A stretch of DNA of 64,000 nt from an uncultured Gammaproteobacteria bacterium (GCA_963797555.1 CAWCPV010000004.1:576001-640000), one strand, 5' to 3'; numbered from the stretch's first letter, positions 33,801-43,165 are shown. Notes: generated by a model not told the origin, from the letters alone. Made by a program: numbers and translations.

Positions 33801-34355
33801 CAGCCCGCGTTGCCATAGCCGAATGGCATTCGGGTCGTCGTCGTCCGGGACACCAGCGACACGAGCATATTCCGCCATGCGCCCCGCGAGTTCGCCGGCG
33901 TAGCGCAGAGGCACCCCGGCCTGGCGGAGGTACTCGTCCACCATGAAATTCGTACCAGAACGGCGTAATGAGACGGAGAGCCCCAGCCGCACGCAAGCCT
34001 GCCGGTACGCCACACAGAGCCTTTCTTTCTGTGACTGCGAAAGCGTCCGGGTACCACCTGTAACGGCGCGCTCCACATACTCGTATACCTCTGGCGTCGG
34101 GCTCTGACCATAGCCCTCGACCACGTGGACGGTGAGGTAGGTGGCGAAAACCGCAGGCCAACGGGAGAGTCCATAAACATATCCACTAAGCGCGTCACGC
34201 TGCGACGCGAGCAGCTTCGCAAGAAATCCTCTGGCATTTTCGCGGAAGACGTCCGTGTAGAGACCAAGAAACGGCATGGCTCCATCTTTCAAAGCGCCCA
34301 CGATGCGCGCCTCCATCCGCTCGAACCAGATCTTCGTTGCGTCCGTTAGTGCCAT
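30879..34355 (-). CDS. Large hypothetical protein (1158 aa), co-transcribed helicase partner (DruH-like by size and position)
   Basis: Uninterrupted 3.5-kb ORF. 15-bp gap with a GGAG RBS before the helicase ATG. No catalytic motif recognised; helical N-terminus and beta-rich middle. Confidence 0.85.
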   Translation of the reverse strand: MALTDATKIWFERMEARIVGALKDGAMPFLGLYTDVFRENARGFLAKLLASQRDALSGYVYGLSRWPAVFATYLTVHVVEGYGQSPTPEVYEYVERAVTGGTRTLSQSQKERLCVAYRQACVRLGLSVSLRRSGTNFMVDEYLRQAGVPLRYAGELAGRMAEYARVAGVPDDDDPNAIRLWQRGLLEQLRHFPSKRATRAIEADDTGFYVRLFCRAYQEPDSQEVHNSAFGRLLAEVLTTPQTRPSGEGQKRLSLPHVVWRDGSLGVDLPPAEGTNWVIRVGATEYRYQGFAEGRFVHLEENLPSDVSIQTSEGQDILSERLWEDGRPNRLLIFTRSGAFVTGAALGAPDTVAVEPGAHLLVLRFVPDGLEELIERVSDTPELFTYEAEFDPGATLVLRRGPATATLQADARPFVAIEGRAVRGVRGHEVYLSPELALRVVVPVELLQAAANFEVRLIPGDLGDEAVLPLDHIQSHSRIDLSEHLARWRPGVTRLLAEVRRQDLRRPLARAAVHVWNGLEEVRERCWFRCSGFPQNLSDEASENLHVDRQTRTLTYRDNANRFFRTGFNLGHQGTLTLTWAVPGIFLYLEDYSQQPVVERPLHKGVALSVTPATRQVLKVYSSSDGALELGGFRQWVKFEQVGSRRLHLASLVEHVRPDSSTLMFRPEGVDYGVPLVQLIVPHQVLRFNAVQKPERFDLVFRLAASADRIRLAAIELIGGQDIRVDLGCDDISVLQDPSAKAWTFSAPEPDGVAYTLVVPLDRWAPGIWMVSLDARISGRWGTLTNARGDTYSAGFLLGAGGRSGSRMEADAWLDGLNDDQALEVLTRVHSFVLVCHAQEAWSQMGWVGDFWRRLVGRFGPQGGSVLQELGRLSGQHPPETASLSWVPLLSIPVALPWLLAQSSSSYSVLADAPTRPTSGQSGLTRSLGLLPAFSGDLLRLFTDGILDSIFAGAFSNLAGMARGEKPQGFRVQALHDALKVSDLSGRWRLLRQEDWQPGRGDYLGALHYHFALAHLRERYQNSLEGNELRRTRSLYLLNRLNHCALDDFGEGYPAHLCGQHATLGLLADAGPSLLTDEELQQQENLHAMVSFLSLMAQVCRWEVRAAGTLDQFQAALRRAAGFSEDDLHSVVAYLLHLGEEVLGYYLLLWELAFASEN

Positions 34356-34429
34356 GGCAAGCTGTCAGAGCGCCGGCCTGTCGTCGCGACCGTCTGTTCC
34401 GCCGATAGCGCTGGGAATGGTCATGGGCT

Positions 34430-34630
34430 CACGAGGTCTTGCAGCAACACATCATGGTTCGTCTCCTTCTCGTGCTCCCTCACCAGTCGGCTGAGCGTGG
34501 ACGAGTGCCGCCGAAGCGCTGTGCAATGGCCTTCATCGAGCGCCCCGGCTCATGAGAAGTTATCCAACTATTCCCGGGTAACCTGCGCACTGCCCACGAC
34601 TGCTGGCGAGGCGGGCGCGGCCCCGGGACA
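34430..34630 (-). pseudogene. Possible C-terminal HTH remnant of a REP-associated tyrosine transposase (RAYT)
   Basis: PPRQQ...GRSMKAIAQRFG / HSSTLSRLVRE across a frameshift, followed by TGCAAGACCT. Recognition is from memory of the family. Confidence 0.4.
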
Positions 34631-35155
34631 ACCCGCCGTACCGGCGGGTAATTGTACTCCCTGAAATTCTGTCGCCGGTCAGCGACGAGACCCCGTCTCC
34701 GGTTCACTCGATAAGGCATTCGGGCAGTGCCCAGCGAGCTGCGGGCCAAACAGGGACCGCTGCTCGCAGCCCTTCGCACTTGGTGGCTGGTCGAGCGATG
34801 AGCGAAGAGCTTTCTTTGCCGACCGACAACACGGCGCCCTGCAAGCCGTGGTAACGGCGGTTTCGTGGGACACGGCCGCTGCGCTGCGCTGACCCTGGGG
34901 AGAATGCTGCGCCACGAGTTCGACCGGCCGAGATGACCTCTCCGGACGACGGCTCTCGATTGCTCCCGCCGACGCGTTCTCCGAGGTCGGCGTCCCTACG
35001 GGGGCGAGCGCCTGGAAGCCGCTCCTGCGTCACGTTCCCGGCACACCCTGCTGAGGCATGCTAATTGCGTACTGCTTGGCAACGATTGTCCGCTATCTGG
35101 TTACAGCCAGGTGGCCAACGGCTCGTGCGGAGGGGGCTCCCTCCGGGAGGACGTT

Positions 35156-35459
35156 ATGCGAGTCTCTGAGAGACACCGTGTGGCTTTAGCTTTCGTAACC
35201 GCCGTGCTGCTGGGCGGGCTAGTCGGCTGTGCCACTACCTCCACGACTTCGGTGAAGACAGAAACAGTTAGCGAGCCCGCGGCCGCTGCCCCCGGCGAGG
35301 ACGGCCCGGTCCGCCAAGGCGCCGGTCGGACCCCCGACGAGACCACCGTAACGACCACGACCCGAAAGGAAGGTCCGAATCGGGATCGTAGGCAGCGCCG
35401 TGAACCTGGGGGGCGCCGTCATCGCGTTCCCGTTCCGCGTCATCGGCGCAATCTTCTAG
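35156..35459 (+). CDS. Small lipoprotein, frameshift near 35380
   Basis: GGAGG RBS, lipobox LVGC, Thr-rich segment. C-terminal GIVGSAVNLGGAVIAFPFRVIGAIF* in the shifted frame. Confidence 0.65.
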
Positions 35460-35611
35460 GGGTGTCGCGGCTGCGACGTCTCGCCTGGCCGCGTACCACC
35501 TGGGCACCCGAGTCGTCAGAGGGGGACGCAATCATTCGCCCACATGGCGGCCGGGCCGCCAGCGCCACGGGCTCCAAATACGCTGGGGCGTCATGGCTGG
35601 CAGCGTGTCGT

Positions 35612-37006
35612 TCATGCTGCTGTTCGGTCTTCGCTCCTGGGGGTCTGTTCCGACGGCAAATAGATCAACACGCTGAGCCCGCCGTCGGGCTCGTTCCTCG
35701 CCGACATCTCGCCGCCGTGCAGGCGCACCGCGCGCTCGGCGATCGCAAGCCCCAACCCGTATCCGCCAGTGGCGCGGTCGCGCGCGTCGCCGGCGCGCAC
35801 GAACGGCTCGAATAGTCGCGGCAGCATCTCTCCGGGAACACCGGGACCGTGGTCGCGCACCCGGATCACGAGCCGGCCCGACTGCGCGGGATCGGGTTCC
35901 ATGGATAATTCCACCGTACTGCCCTCGTCGGTGTAGCTCACGGCGTTGCGCAGCACGTTCTCCAGGGCGCTGTGCAGCAGCGGCGCATTGCCCGCTATTA
36001 CGGCACGCGCAGTCTTTTCGAAGCGCACTTCGCGGCTCCGGGCGTGCGCCTCGAAGGCGGCATCGGCGGCAACCGCTTCCAGCAGCTCGGCCATATCCAC
36101 AGGCTCCCGTAGGGGAGGTTCGGCACCGGATTCCAAGCGCGCGAGAGACAGCAGTTGACCGATCAGCTCGTTCAGCAGTTCGGTCTCGCGCTCCATCCGG
36201 TCCAGCTCCGGCTGGGCGTCCTTCCCGGCTCGTTGGCGCGCCAGCCCCAGGGCCACTTGCAGGCGCGCGAGCGGTGAGCGCAGCTCGTGCGAGACATCGC
36301 TGAGCAATCGTTTTTGTGAACCGATCACGGCGTTCAGGCGCTCTGCCATCCGGTCGAACGCCCGTCCCAGCTCGGCGAGCTCGTCACGGCGCCCGCCGAG
36401 GGAGGGTCCGACACGCTGACTCAGGTCGCCCGCGGCGTACCCTTCAGTTGCACGGTGCAGCCGCTGGATGGGCGCTGTCAGATAGCGCGCCAGCGCGAAG
36501 CACACCAGGCCGCTCACCAGCGCGGCCACCAGCAGAGGCACTGCCATCACCCACGGCCGGCGCAGCACGCGGGCCAGTGTCGCGCCTTGGAAGTCCGGGA
36601 CGAGCCGGTACTGGGTGCCGTCGGGCAAGCGGATTACGGGCCGCAACCGTGACGCGGAGCGGTCGTGCGGCGGAGGCGGCCGCTCGGCGCGTCGGGCCTG
36701 ACGCTCCAGGATCCACGTCGGTACTTCCCGGGCCAGTGTATCTTCGCCTTCTGGGTTGAGCACGAGGATCGGAACCGCTTCGCGGCGATCGACCCGGCGT
36801 GCCCAGGACCGCAGCCCCTTGATGCCGCCGCGGTCCGCTGCGGCTTGCGCCTCGGCAACGTGGCGCATCATGTACTGGTGGGGTGTGGTGGCTTCGCGCC
36901 GCTCGCGCATCCGCTCGAGGAATTGGGACGCGGTCAGCACGCTCGCCGCCGAAAACAGCACGAGGGCAACCCAGAACGAGAGAAAGAACTTCCAGAACAG
37001 TCGCAT
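35612..37006 (-). CDS. cpxA: CpxA-like sensor histidine kinase
   Basis: MRLFWKFFLSFW, HAMP domain, LLSDVSHELRSPLARLQVAL, SALENVLRNA, GGYGLGLAIA. Confidence 0.88.
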   Translation of the reverse strand: MRLFWKFFLSFWVALVLFSAASVLTASQFLERMRERREATTPHQYMMRHVAEAQAAADRGGIKGLRSWARRVDRREAVPILVLNPEGEDTLAREVPTWILERQARRAERPPPPHDRSASRLRPVIRLPDGTQYRLVPDFQGATLARVLRRPWVMAVPLLVAALVSGLVCFALARYLTAPIQRLHRATEGYAAGDLSQRVGPSLGGRRDELAELGRAFDRMAERLNAVIGSQKRLLSDVSHELRSPLARLQVALGLARQRAGKDAQPELDRMERETELLNELIGQLLSLARLESGAEPPLREPVDMAELLEAVAADAAFEAHARSREVRFEKTARAVIAGNAPLLHSALENVLRNAVSYTDEGSTVELSMEPDPAQSGRLVIRVRDHGPGVPGEMLPRLFEPFVRAGDARDRATGGYGLGLAIAERAVRLHGGEMSARNEPDGGLSVLIYLPSEQTPRSEDRTAA

Positions 37007-37019
37007 TCCGTCGCTGTCC

Positions 37020-37718
37020 TCACGGCGTTACATATTGGTAGCCGACGCCGCGCACGGTCTTGATGCGTTCCTCGCCGTTCGGGAGCGGCCCGAGCTTTCG
37101 CCGCAGGTTGCTGATGTGCATGTCCAGGCTGCGGTCGTAGCGGGTGAGCCTGCGACCCAGCGCGTGCTCCGAGAGATCGGCCTTCGATACCACGCGGCCC
37201 GCCTCGCGTAGCAGCACCTCCAGCACGCTGTACTCCGTGCTGGTCATGGCGACGGGCTTGTCCCCCTGGGTCACGGCACGCGTGCCCATGCGCATCCCCA
37301 AGTCGCCGATCGTGAGGGTGTCAGGCGATGCGGGTCCTTCATATTTTGCTCCTGTCGGCTCGGCACGCCGCAGGATGGCGCGGATACGTGCCACGAGCAC
37401 GCGCGGATTGCATGGCTTGCCGAGGTAATCGTCGGCACCCAGCTCCAGGCCAACGATGCTGTCTACGTCCTCGTCACGTGCGGTGAGCACCAGCACCGGG
37501 GTGAGCGCGTGGGGGCGGAGCTCGCGGAGCACGTCGAAGCCGTTCTTGAGCGGCATCATCACATCGAGCACGATGAGGTCAAACGCTCCCGACCTTGCTT
37601 TGGTCAGCGCTGCCGCGCCGTCGTGCGCCGACTCCACCGTGAAGCCCTCCGCCGCGAGATACTCCTTCAGCATCTCGCAAAGCTCGACGTCATCATCCGC
37701 GAGCAGAATGCGGGGCAT
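37020..37718 (-). CDS. cpxR: CpxR-like OmpR-family response regulator
   Basis: ILLADDDVEL, GLELGADDYLGKP, YDRSLDMHISNLRRKL, IKTVRGVGY. Divergent from a cpxP-like gene. Confidence 0.9.
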   Translation of the reverse strand: MPRILLADDDVELCEMLKEYLAAEGFTVESAHDGAAALTKARSGAFDLIVLDVMMPLKNGFDVLRELRPHALTPVLVLTARDEDVDSIVGLELGADDYLGKPCNPRVLVARIRAILRRAEPTGAKYEGPASPDTLTIGDLGMRMGTRAVTQGDKPVAMTSTEYSVLEVLLREAGRVVSKADLSEHALGRRLTRYDRSLDMHISNLRRKLGPLPNGEERIKTVRGVGYQYVTP

Positions 37719-37814
37719 CAGTCTCCTCCGTCGATAGGCTTATCCATGTCAATGTGTTTGCCGTAGCGATAGTGCCATATTCCAGGTCGCCCCATACAGC
37801 CTGACGGCGCCGAC

Positions 37815-37839
37815 TTTACGCGGTTTTACACAGTCTTAC
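37815..37839. promoter_or_regulatory. CpxR binding site, three half-sites at 10-bp period
   Basis: TTTAC-gcggt-TTTAC-acagt-CTTAC, the reverse complement of GTAAA-N5-GTAAA, in the cpxR/cpxP intergenic region. Confidence 0.85.
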
Positions 37840-37936
37840 TCGGCCCCAACACACGCTTACGGCGTGGCGGATTAAATTGTTCCGCAGGATGTGGATATCC
37901 CGCATCCCGAGTGAACTTAGGCAAGAGGATTGAGCC

Positions 37937-38425
37937 ATGAAGAATGCAATGATGACGACCCTGACGACGACGTTGCTGGCCGGTAGCCTGGTGGCTGCCC
38001 CGGTCCTCGCACACCCGTCGGGCTGGCGGCATGGTGCGGCCTTCGGCCTGGAGGGGTGCGCCGAGCAGCGCGTCGAGCGCATGGCCGACAAGCTGAACCT
38101 GACGAAGGACCAGCTTGCCTCCATCCGCGCTGTTTTCGACCAGACGCGCGCTCAGCGGCGTGAACTCCACGACCGGATGATCGAGAACCGCAAACAGCTG
38201 CGGGCGCTGACGGAACAGGGCACTTTCGACGAGAACGAGGCGCGCAGGCTGGCCGATGCGCAAGGCAAGGTGACTGCAGACATGATCGTGCTGCGCACCC
38301 ATGTCCGGGCGGAAATCGACAAGGTTTTGACTCCCCAACAGCGCGAGCAGTTGAAGCAGTTGCATGGTAGCCACGGGGGGCGCGACCGCCAGCCGGCGGG
38401 GCAGTCGAGTCATTCAACGAGCTAA
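37937..38425 (+). CDS. cpxP: Spy/CpxP family periplasmic chaperone
   Basis: Signal peptide and two LTxxQ motifs (LNLTKDQ, VLTPQQ). Confidence 0.9.
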   Translation: MKNAMMTTLTTTLLAGSLVAAPVLAHPSGWRHGAAFGLEGCAEQRVERMADKLNLTKDQLASIRAVFDQTRAQRRELHDRMIENRKQLRALTEQGTFDENEARRLADAQGKVTADMIVLRTHVRAEIDKVLTPQQREQLKQLHGSHGGRDRQPAGQSSHSTS

Positions 38426-38592
38426 GCGCCCGGTCCCGCCGTGGGGCTCACCGAGATTTGAGTCAAGCGACCGGGCTATGGCGTAGCATTCCCTAGCCCG
38501 CGATGGGGAGGGCGAGGTTTGGGCTGAACGCAAGAGCCTGCGGGGTGTGAACTGTCCCTCCACTCACAGACTCTGAAACGCTACCGCCTCGA

Positions 38593-38625
38593 CCTCTCCC
38601 GCGTGGGAATAGGGCGGGGGTGGGG
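38593..38625. repeat. Degenerate REP-type palindrome (CCCTCTCCC/GGGAGAGGG class)
   Basis: CCTCTCCCgcgtGGGAATAGGgcggGGGTGGGG, similar to 56143-56180. Lies between convergent genes. Confidence 0.5.
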
Positions 38626-38743
38626 AGCGACGCGTTGACCGCCGTGCCCCAATCCCCGGCTTTCCCCTGTGAGCGAGCAGGGTGGGAATCGGTTGCCGGG
38701 CGTAGGAATTCCCTGGCGTGAAAGCTCTGACAAACGCTGCGTG

Positions 38744-39448
38744 CTACGGTCGTTTCCGTTGGACGACATCGTCCCGCAAGTAAACAGGCAATGCCTCCTC
38801 GGCGCTGACCGCCTTACCCCGGTGGAAGGCGTCGGCGGCCAGAGCGGCAATCGCGCTTGCCCGTGGATGGTAACCCGGCAGCCAGCGCTCCACGGCGGAG
38901 GAGACGCGGCTCAGCAGCACGGCGCCGTGGCGTTCCCACCCGCTTCCCGCTCCGACCCATCCGTCGTCGGGTGGCAGCGGGACCCGGTCTGGAGAACAGG
39001 CCAGCTCCGGTCCTGCCGGCTCAACCAGCCCGGACAGGACGCGCTGGTATGCGCACCAGTAAACCTCACCCATGCGGGCGTCGAGGGCGGCCAGGACTCG
39101 CCGTGCGGGGACCGCATGGGCCAGCGCGGCCAGAGACGAAATCGGCACGACCGGCCTATCGGTGCCCAAGGCGAGCCCTTGGACCACGCTGGCAGCGATC
39201 CGCACGCCGGTGAATGAACCGGGTCCACGGCCGAAGGCGAAGGCATCCAGTGTGCGGAGCGCGAGCCCGGCCTCACCTAGCAGCTCGTCGACCATGAGCA
39301 GGATGCGGTCGGCATGCTGCCGAGGCGCCAGAACAAACCGCTCGCGAACCTCGCCATCCAGGTAAAGAGCCACGGAGCAAGCGTCCGTGGCGGTGTCCAC
39401 CGCCAACAGCCGGATACCGCTGGGCCCCGGCGCGGCCATGGTGGTCAT
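38744..39448 (-). CDS. tsaB: tRNA t6A biosynthesis protein TsaB
   Basis: LLAVDTATDACSVAL, GRGPGSFTGVRI, LDARMGEVYW, PVYLRD. Confidence 0.96.
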   Translation of the reverse strand: MTTMAAPGPSGIRLLAVDTATDACSVALYLDGEVRERFVLAPRQHADRILLMVDELLGEAGLALRTLDAFAFGRGPGSFTGVRIAASVVQGLALGTDRPVVPISSLAALAHAVPARRVLAALDARMGEVYWCAYQRVLSGLVEPAGPELACSPDRVPLPPDDGWVGAGSGWERHGAVLLSRVSSAVERWLPGYHPRASAIAALAADAFHRGKAVSAEEALPVYLRDDVVQRKRP

Positions 39449-41349
39449 CCGCGGACGGCCGGAGCGAAGAATGCCTCCACGTCAGCCAGGTCGCGCGTCA
39501 GCCGCATGGGCGGCAAGGACGCCAGAAACACTCGCCCGTAGGCGCGTGTGACCACACGTGGGTCGCAGAGCATGATAACGCCGCGGTCGGTGATGTCGCG
39601 GATCAATCGGCCTGCGCCCTGTTTCAGCGCCAACACCGCTTCCGGCAGCTGATACTCTGTGAACGGGTCGCGGCCCTGCTCCCGCATGCGCTCCAGGCAG
39701 GCTTTTAGGACGGGGTCGTCGGGGGGAGAGAAAGGCAGGCGATCGATGAGCACCAGCGAGAGCGCGTCACCCCGCACGTCCACCCCTTCCCAGAAACTGG
39801 CAGTGCCCAGCAAGACCGCATTACCCAGCGCACGGAACCGCTTCAGGAGGATAGCGCGCGGGGCTTGCCCTTGCACGAGCACGGGATAGGACAGGCGTCC
39901 GTGCAGGCGGCGGGCCATCGCTTGCATGGCGCGGCGGCTGGTGAACAGCAGGAAGGCACGGCCCCGGCTGTGGACGAGGGCGGCCAATGCGGCCTCGGCG
40001 ACGGCGTCGCCGTAGTCCGGGCTGTTAGGCTCCGGGAGTCCTTCTGGGACATACAGCAACGCCTGGTGCGCGAAGTCGAAGGGGCTGTCCCAGCGGCGTG
40101 TGACCGGTCCTTCCAGGCCCAGGGACCCGGTGAAATGGGAGAAGTCTTCGCCCACGGCGAGGGTAGCGGAGGTGAACACCCACGCGCAGTGATAAGTCTC
40201 CAGGCGGTCGCTGAATAGCTTTCCGATGTCGAGCGGCGTTACCCGCAACGTGAAGCCTTGCTCACGCGTTTCCACCCACCGAGTGCGCTCGGGCTCCGCG
40301 CAAGCGCAGAACAGCTGCACGTGCCTCGTTAGCTCGTCACTGCGCCTGGCACAGCTCTCCAGCCCCCGCGACCGATCGGCCAAGGGTTTGAGCCGGTCGC
40401 GCAGCTCTTGCAGCATTCCCATCAGCGTTTTCATGTGGTGCGCGACCGCGAATCTTCCGGCGGCCGCGGACCACGATAGGTGCGCGGGCGGTCCCAGTAC
40501 CGTGCGCAAGGCGGAGCTTGCTTGAACCACCTGCTCCGCCGTGGTGCGGACATGCGCAAGGTCGTCTATCGCCTCCGAGGCACTATCCCTGGCGAGATCC
40601 AAGAGCTGGCCGTAGCTCACCCCCACCCCGAGAAAGTCCCGGGCCACCTCCGGTAGCTGATGGGCCTCATCGACGATGACGGCGTCGGCGTTCGGGAGCA
40701 GCTCGCCGACGCCGCGATCACGCAGGGTCAGATCCGCACACAGCAAATGGTGATTGACGACGACCACGTCCGCCTTCTGTGCTGCACGACGGGCGCGGAC
40801 CAGAAAACAGTCCCCGTAATAGGCGCACTCCTGCCCCAAACAGCTGTCGGCCGTGGAGCTGAGTGTGCGCCAGATGTCCGCATGGTCGGGGATCTCCGGA
40901 ATCTCCGCGAGGTCGCCGGTCTCCGTGCTCCGCAGCCAGCGGGTGATAACCCCTCGAAGGTCTGCGGGCAGCATCGGCGAAGCACGCCGCGGACGTTCCA
41001 GTCGGTACAGGCACAGGTAGTTGGAGCGACCCTTGAGCAGGGCCGTCGTTAGCGAGGCGTCCAATGCCTCGCGCACCAGCGGCAGGTCCCGCGAGAACAA
41101 CTGCTCCTGAAGGGTTCGCGTACCGGTGGAAACAATGACCTTGAGGCGAGATAGCACGGCGGGAACCAGGTAGGCGAACGTCTTACCGGTGCCAGTCCCG
41201 GCCTCGGCGACCAGGACTCCCCGTGACCGGAGGGTCTCGGCTACGGTGTCGGCCATCTCCCGCTGGGCCTGTCGAGGCGTGAAGCCGGAGACGCGACGAA
41301 CCACCGGGCCGCCACGGCTTAGTAGATCGCCCGCGCTCTTCGATCTCAT
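39445..41349 (-). CDS. yoaA: DinG-family Fe-S ATP-dependent DNA helicase YoaA
   Basis: EAGTGTGKT, LKGRSNYLC, CLGQEC...CF, VDEAH, FWEGVDVRG, LKQGAGRLIR. Translationally coupled to tsaB. Confidence 0.92.
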   Translation of the reverse strand: MRSKSAGDLLSRGGPVVRRVSGFTPRQAQREMADTVAETLRSRGVLVAEAGTGTGKTFAYLVPAVLSRLKVIVSTGTRTLQEQLFSRDLPLVREALDASLTTALLKGRSNYLCLYRLERPRRASPMLPADLRGVITRWLRSTETGDLAEIPEIPDHADIWRTLSSTADSCLGQECAYYGDCFLVRARRAAQKADVVVVNHHLLCADLTLRDRGVGELLPNADAVIVDEAHQLPEVARDFLGVGVSYGQLLDLARDSASEAIDDLAHVRTTAEQVVQASSALRTVLGPPAHLSWSAAAGRFAVAHHMKTLMGMLQELRDRLKPLADRSRGLESCARRSDELTRHVQLFCACAEPERTRWVETREQGFTLRVTPLDIGKLFSDRLETYHCAWVFTSATLAVGEDFSHFTGSLGLEGPVTRRWDSPFDFAHQALLYVPEGLPEPNSPDYGDAVAEAALAALVHSRGRAFLLFTSRRAMQAMARRLHGRLSYPVLVQGQAPRAILLKRFRALGNAVLLGTASFWEGVDVRGDALSLVLIDRLPFSPPDDPVLKACLERMREQGRDPFTEYQLPEAVLALKQGAGRLIRDITDRGVIMLCDPRVVTRAYGRVFLASLPPMRLTRDLADVEAFFAPAVRG

Positions 41350-41515
41350 TGCAGCGGACGCGCGGCGGTGCGGCGTCGGCTCCCTTCGCAAGCGGGCCTT
41401 ATCGTGGTGGCTGGTCGGGCGAGTGCCGAGGGTAGCCGGTTGGGCTATCCGGGAAGGTCTGCTTGCCATGCCACCGTAAGGGGCGCCAAGCCCAGGCGCC
41501 CCGCCGGCCGATGGC

Positions 41516-42052
41516 TCAATGCCTGTAGTAGTCGGCTAGTGACTGGAGTACCGCCTTGAGCTCGTTCGCCGCGATCTCTGCAGCCTTGTGCTGCTTGATA
41601 TTCACGGCTTCCGCCTCGGCCACGGGGTCGGCAAATCCGATCACAATGCGGCCGGCAGAAGGCGTCTCTCCGGACTTGGCAGCCGGAATCTCCTGGAACA
41701 CCGTGAACCGGCAGGGGATGAGCAGGCTGATATAGGGATCCTCGCGGATCGCCTGTGCCAGGTACTGAGACTTACACGCCAATACCAGCTTATTGAAGGT
41801 GAAGAGCCCATACTTCCTCATCCCTAGGTCGATGTCCTGGACACTGACGATCTCCCAGTTCTGGGCCATGATCTCGCTCTTCAGGCGGTCCACCACCTCC
41901 TGGTAGTTGAGGTTTCCGGGAAGGTAGATGACGTAGGCATTCCCATGCCGTTGGATGTCGCCGTCCGCTGCCGGCGCAGCACGTGCCAAAGTGACCTGCA
42001 GCAGGCACACGAATATACAGATCCCAGAAAGCGTCAGTCTCCCCCATTTCAT
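41516..42052 (-). CDS. Exported DUF302 domain protein
   Basis: Signal peptide; LACKSQYLAQAIREDPYISLLIPCRFTVFQ (two-Cys DUF302 pattern). Confidence 0.8.
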   Translation of the reverse strand: MKWGRLTLSGICIFVCLLQVTLARAAPAADGDIQRHGNAYVIYLPGNLNYQEVVDRLKSEIMAQNWEIVSVQDIDLGMRKYGLFTFNKLVLACKSQYLAQAIREDPYISLLIPCRFTVFQEIPAAKSGETPSAGRIVIGFADPVAEAEAVNIKQHKAAEIAANELKAVLQSLADYYRH

Positions 42053-42307
42053 CGCTCTACCTCCATTGCGTTGCCCAGCATAGGCGCTACGCAGGCCGCG
42101 CGTTAAGGTCGGGCCCTGCCGCCGGTCGTTTTTACACGCAAGTGCCTGAGGAGCATAGATGATGCGCATGGCCCACGCAACCGCGCCGAACGACGCCACG
42201 GCGTCGGGTGGGGCAGGCGTGGGATTTGGGTGCTTTGGTGCGGGATGCGCTGCCGGTGCGTGGAACCCCGCGTGGGGGATCCCGAGCGAATCGCGGCGGC
42301 GGTCGAT

Positions 42308-43165
42308 TCAGGAGCCCGCCCAGGAAGCGACCCGGTCCAGGGCGCGGTAAGGGAGCAACCGCCGCAGGGCGGCGAGCAGGGGCGTCGCGGGGGTGACGTA
42401 GTAGCGGATCTTGGGGCGGCGGCTCTCCAGGGCGCGGACCACACAGTTGAGCACGGCCTGCGGATGCCGGCTGAAGCGCGTGTTTGTGCCGCTCCCAGTC
42501 AGTTGTTGCTCGGTGGCCCCGTAGGCCACCCGGTGCACGCTGCGGTCAACGTCCACGTGGTCCTTGAACGCCCGCTGTGCGGTGGCCCGGAAACGGGTGG
42601 TGATGGGGCCCGGCTCGATGAGGCAGACGTTGATCCCGCTTCCGGCGAGTTCCAGACGGAGGCTGTCGGTAATCCCCTCCAGCGCGAACTTGCTAGCACT
42701 ATAGGCCCCGCGGAAGGGCAGGGCGACCAAGCCGAGCACGGAGCTGTTGTTGATGATCCGGCCGCGGCCTTGACGGCGCATAGCCGGGATGATGTGGTTG
42801 GTCAGCTCCACGGGGCCGAAGAGATTGGTCTCGAACTGGGCCCGCAGCACTTCGCGACTCAGGTCTTCGACGGCGCCGGTCTGGCCATAGCCAGCGTTGT
42901 TGAACAGGCCGTACAGTCGGCCCTCGCTGCGCTCCAGAACCCGATCCGCGGCCTCCCGGATGGATGCGGAGTCGGTCAGCTCCAGCGGGATTGCCTCGAA
43001 GCCTTCACTTCGCAGCACTTCGAGGTCTGGTGCGCGGCGCGCCGTCGCGAAGACTCGATAGCCGCGAGCCTGGAGCCCGTGTGCTACGCACCGACCGATA
43101 CCACTGGAGCAGCCGGTGACGAGCACCGAACGCGCAGCGCTCCCATTCATCGTCGGGTCCCGCAT
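42308..43165 (-). CDS. Short-chain dehydrogenase/reductase (YbbO-like)
   Basis: TGCSSGIG, NNAG, YSASK (YxxxK), IEPGPI. Confidence 0.95.
   Translation of the reverse strand: MRDPTMNGSAARSVLVTGCSSGIGRCVAHGLQARGYRVFATARRAPDLEVLRSEGFEAIPLELTDSASIREAADRVLERSEGRLYGLFNNAGYGQTGAVEDLSREVLRAQFETNLFGPVELTNHIIPAMRRQGRGRIINNSSVLGLVALPFRGAYSASKFALEGITDSLRLELAGSGINVCLIEPGPITTRFRATAQRAFKDHVDVDRSVHRVAYGATEQQLTGSGTNTRFSRHPQAVLNCVVRALESRRPKIRYYVTPATPLLAALRRLLPYRALDRVASWAGS

Noticed and set aside
24963-34355. Assigning gene symbols druE/druH or calling the locus DISARM or Dpd
   Set aside because: No methylase, separate DrmA/DrmB or dpd genes are present, and DruH homology cannot be verified without HMMs. Kept as Druantia-like only.
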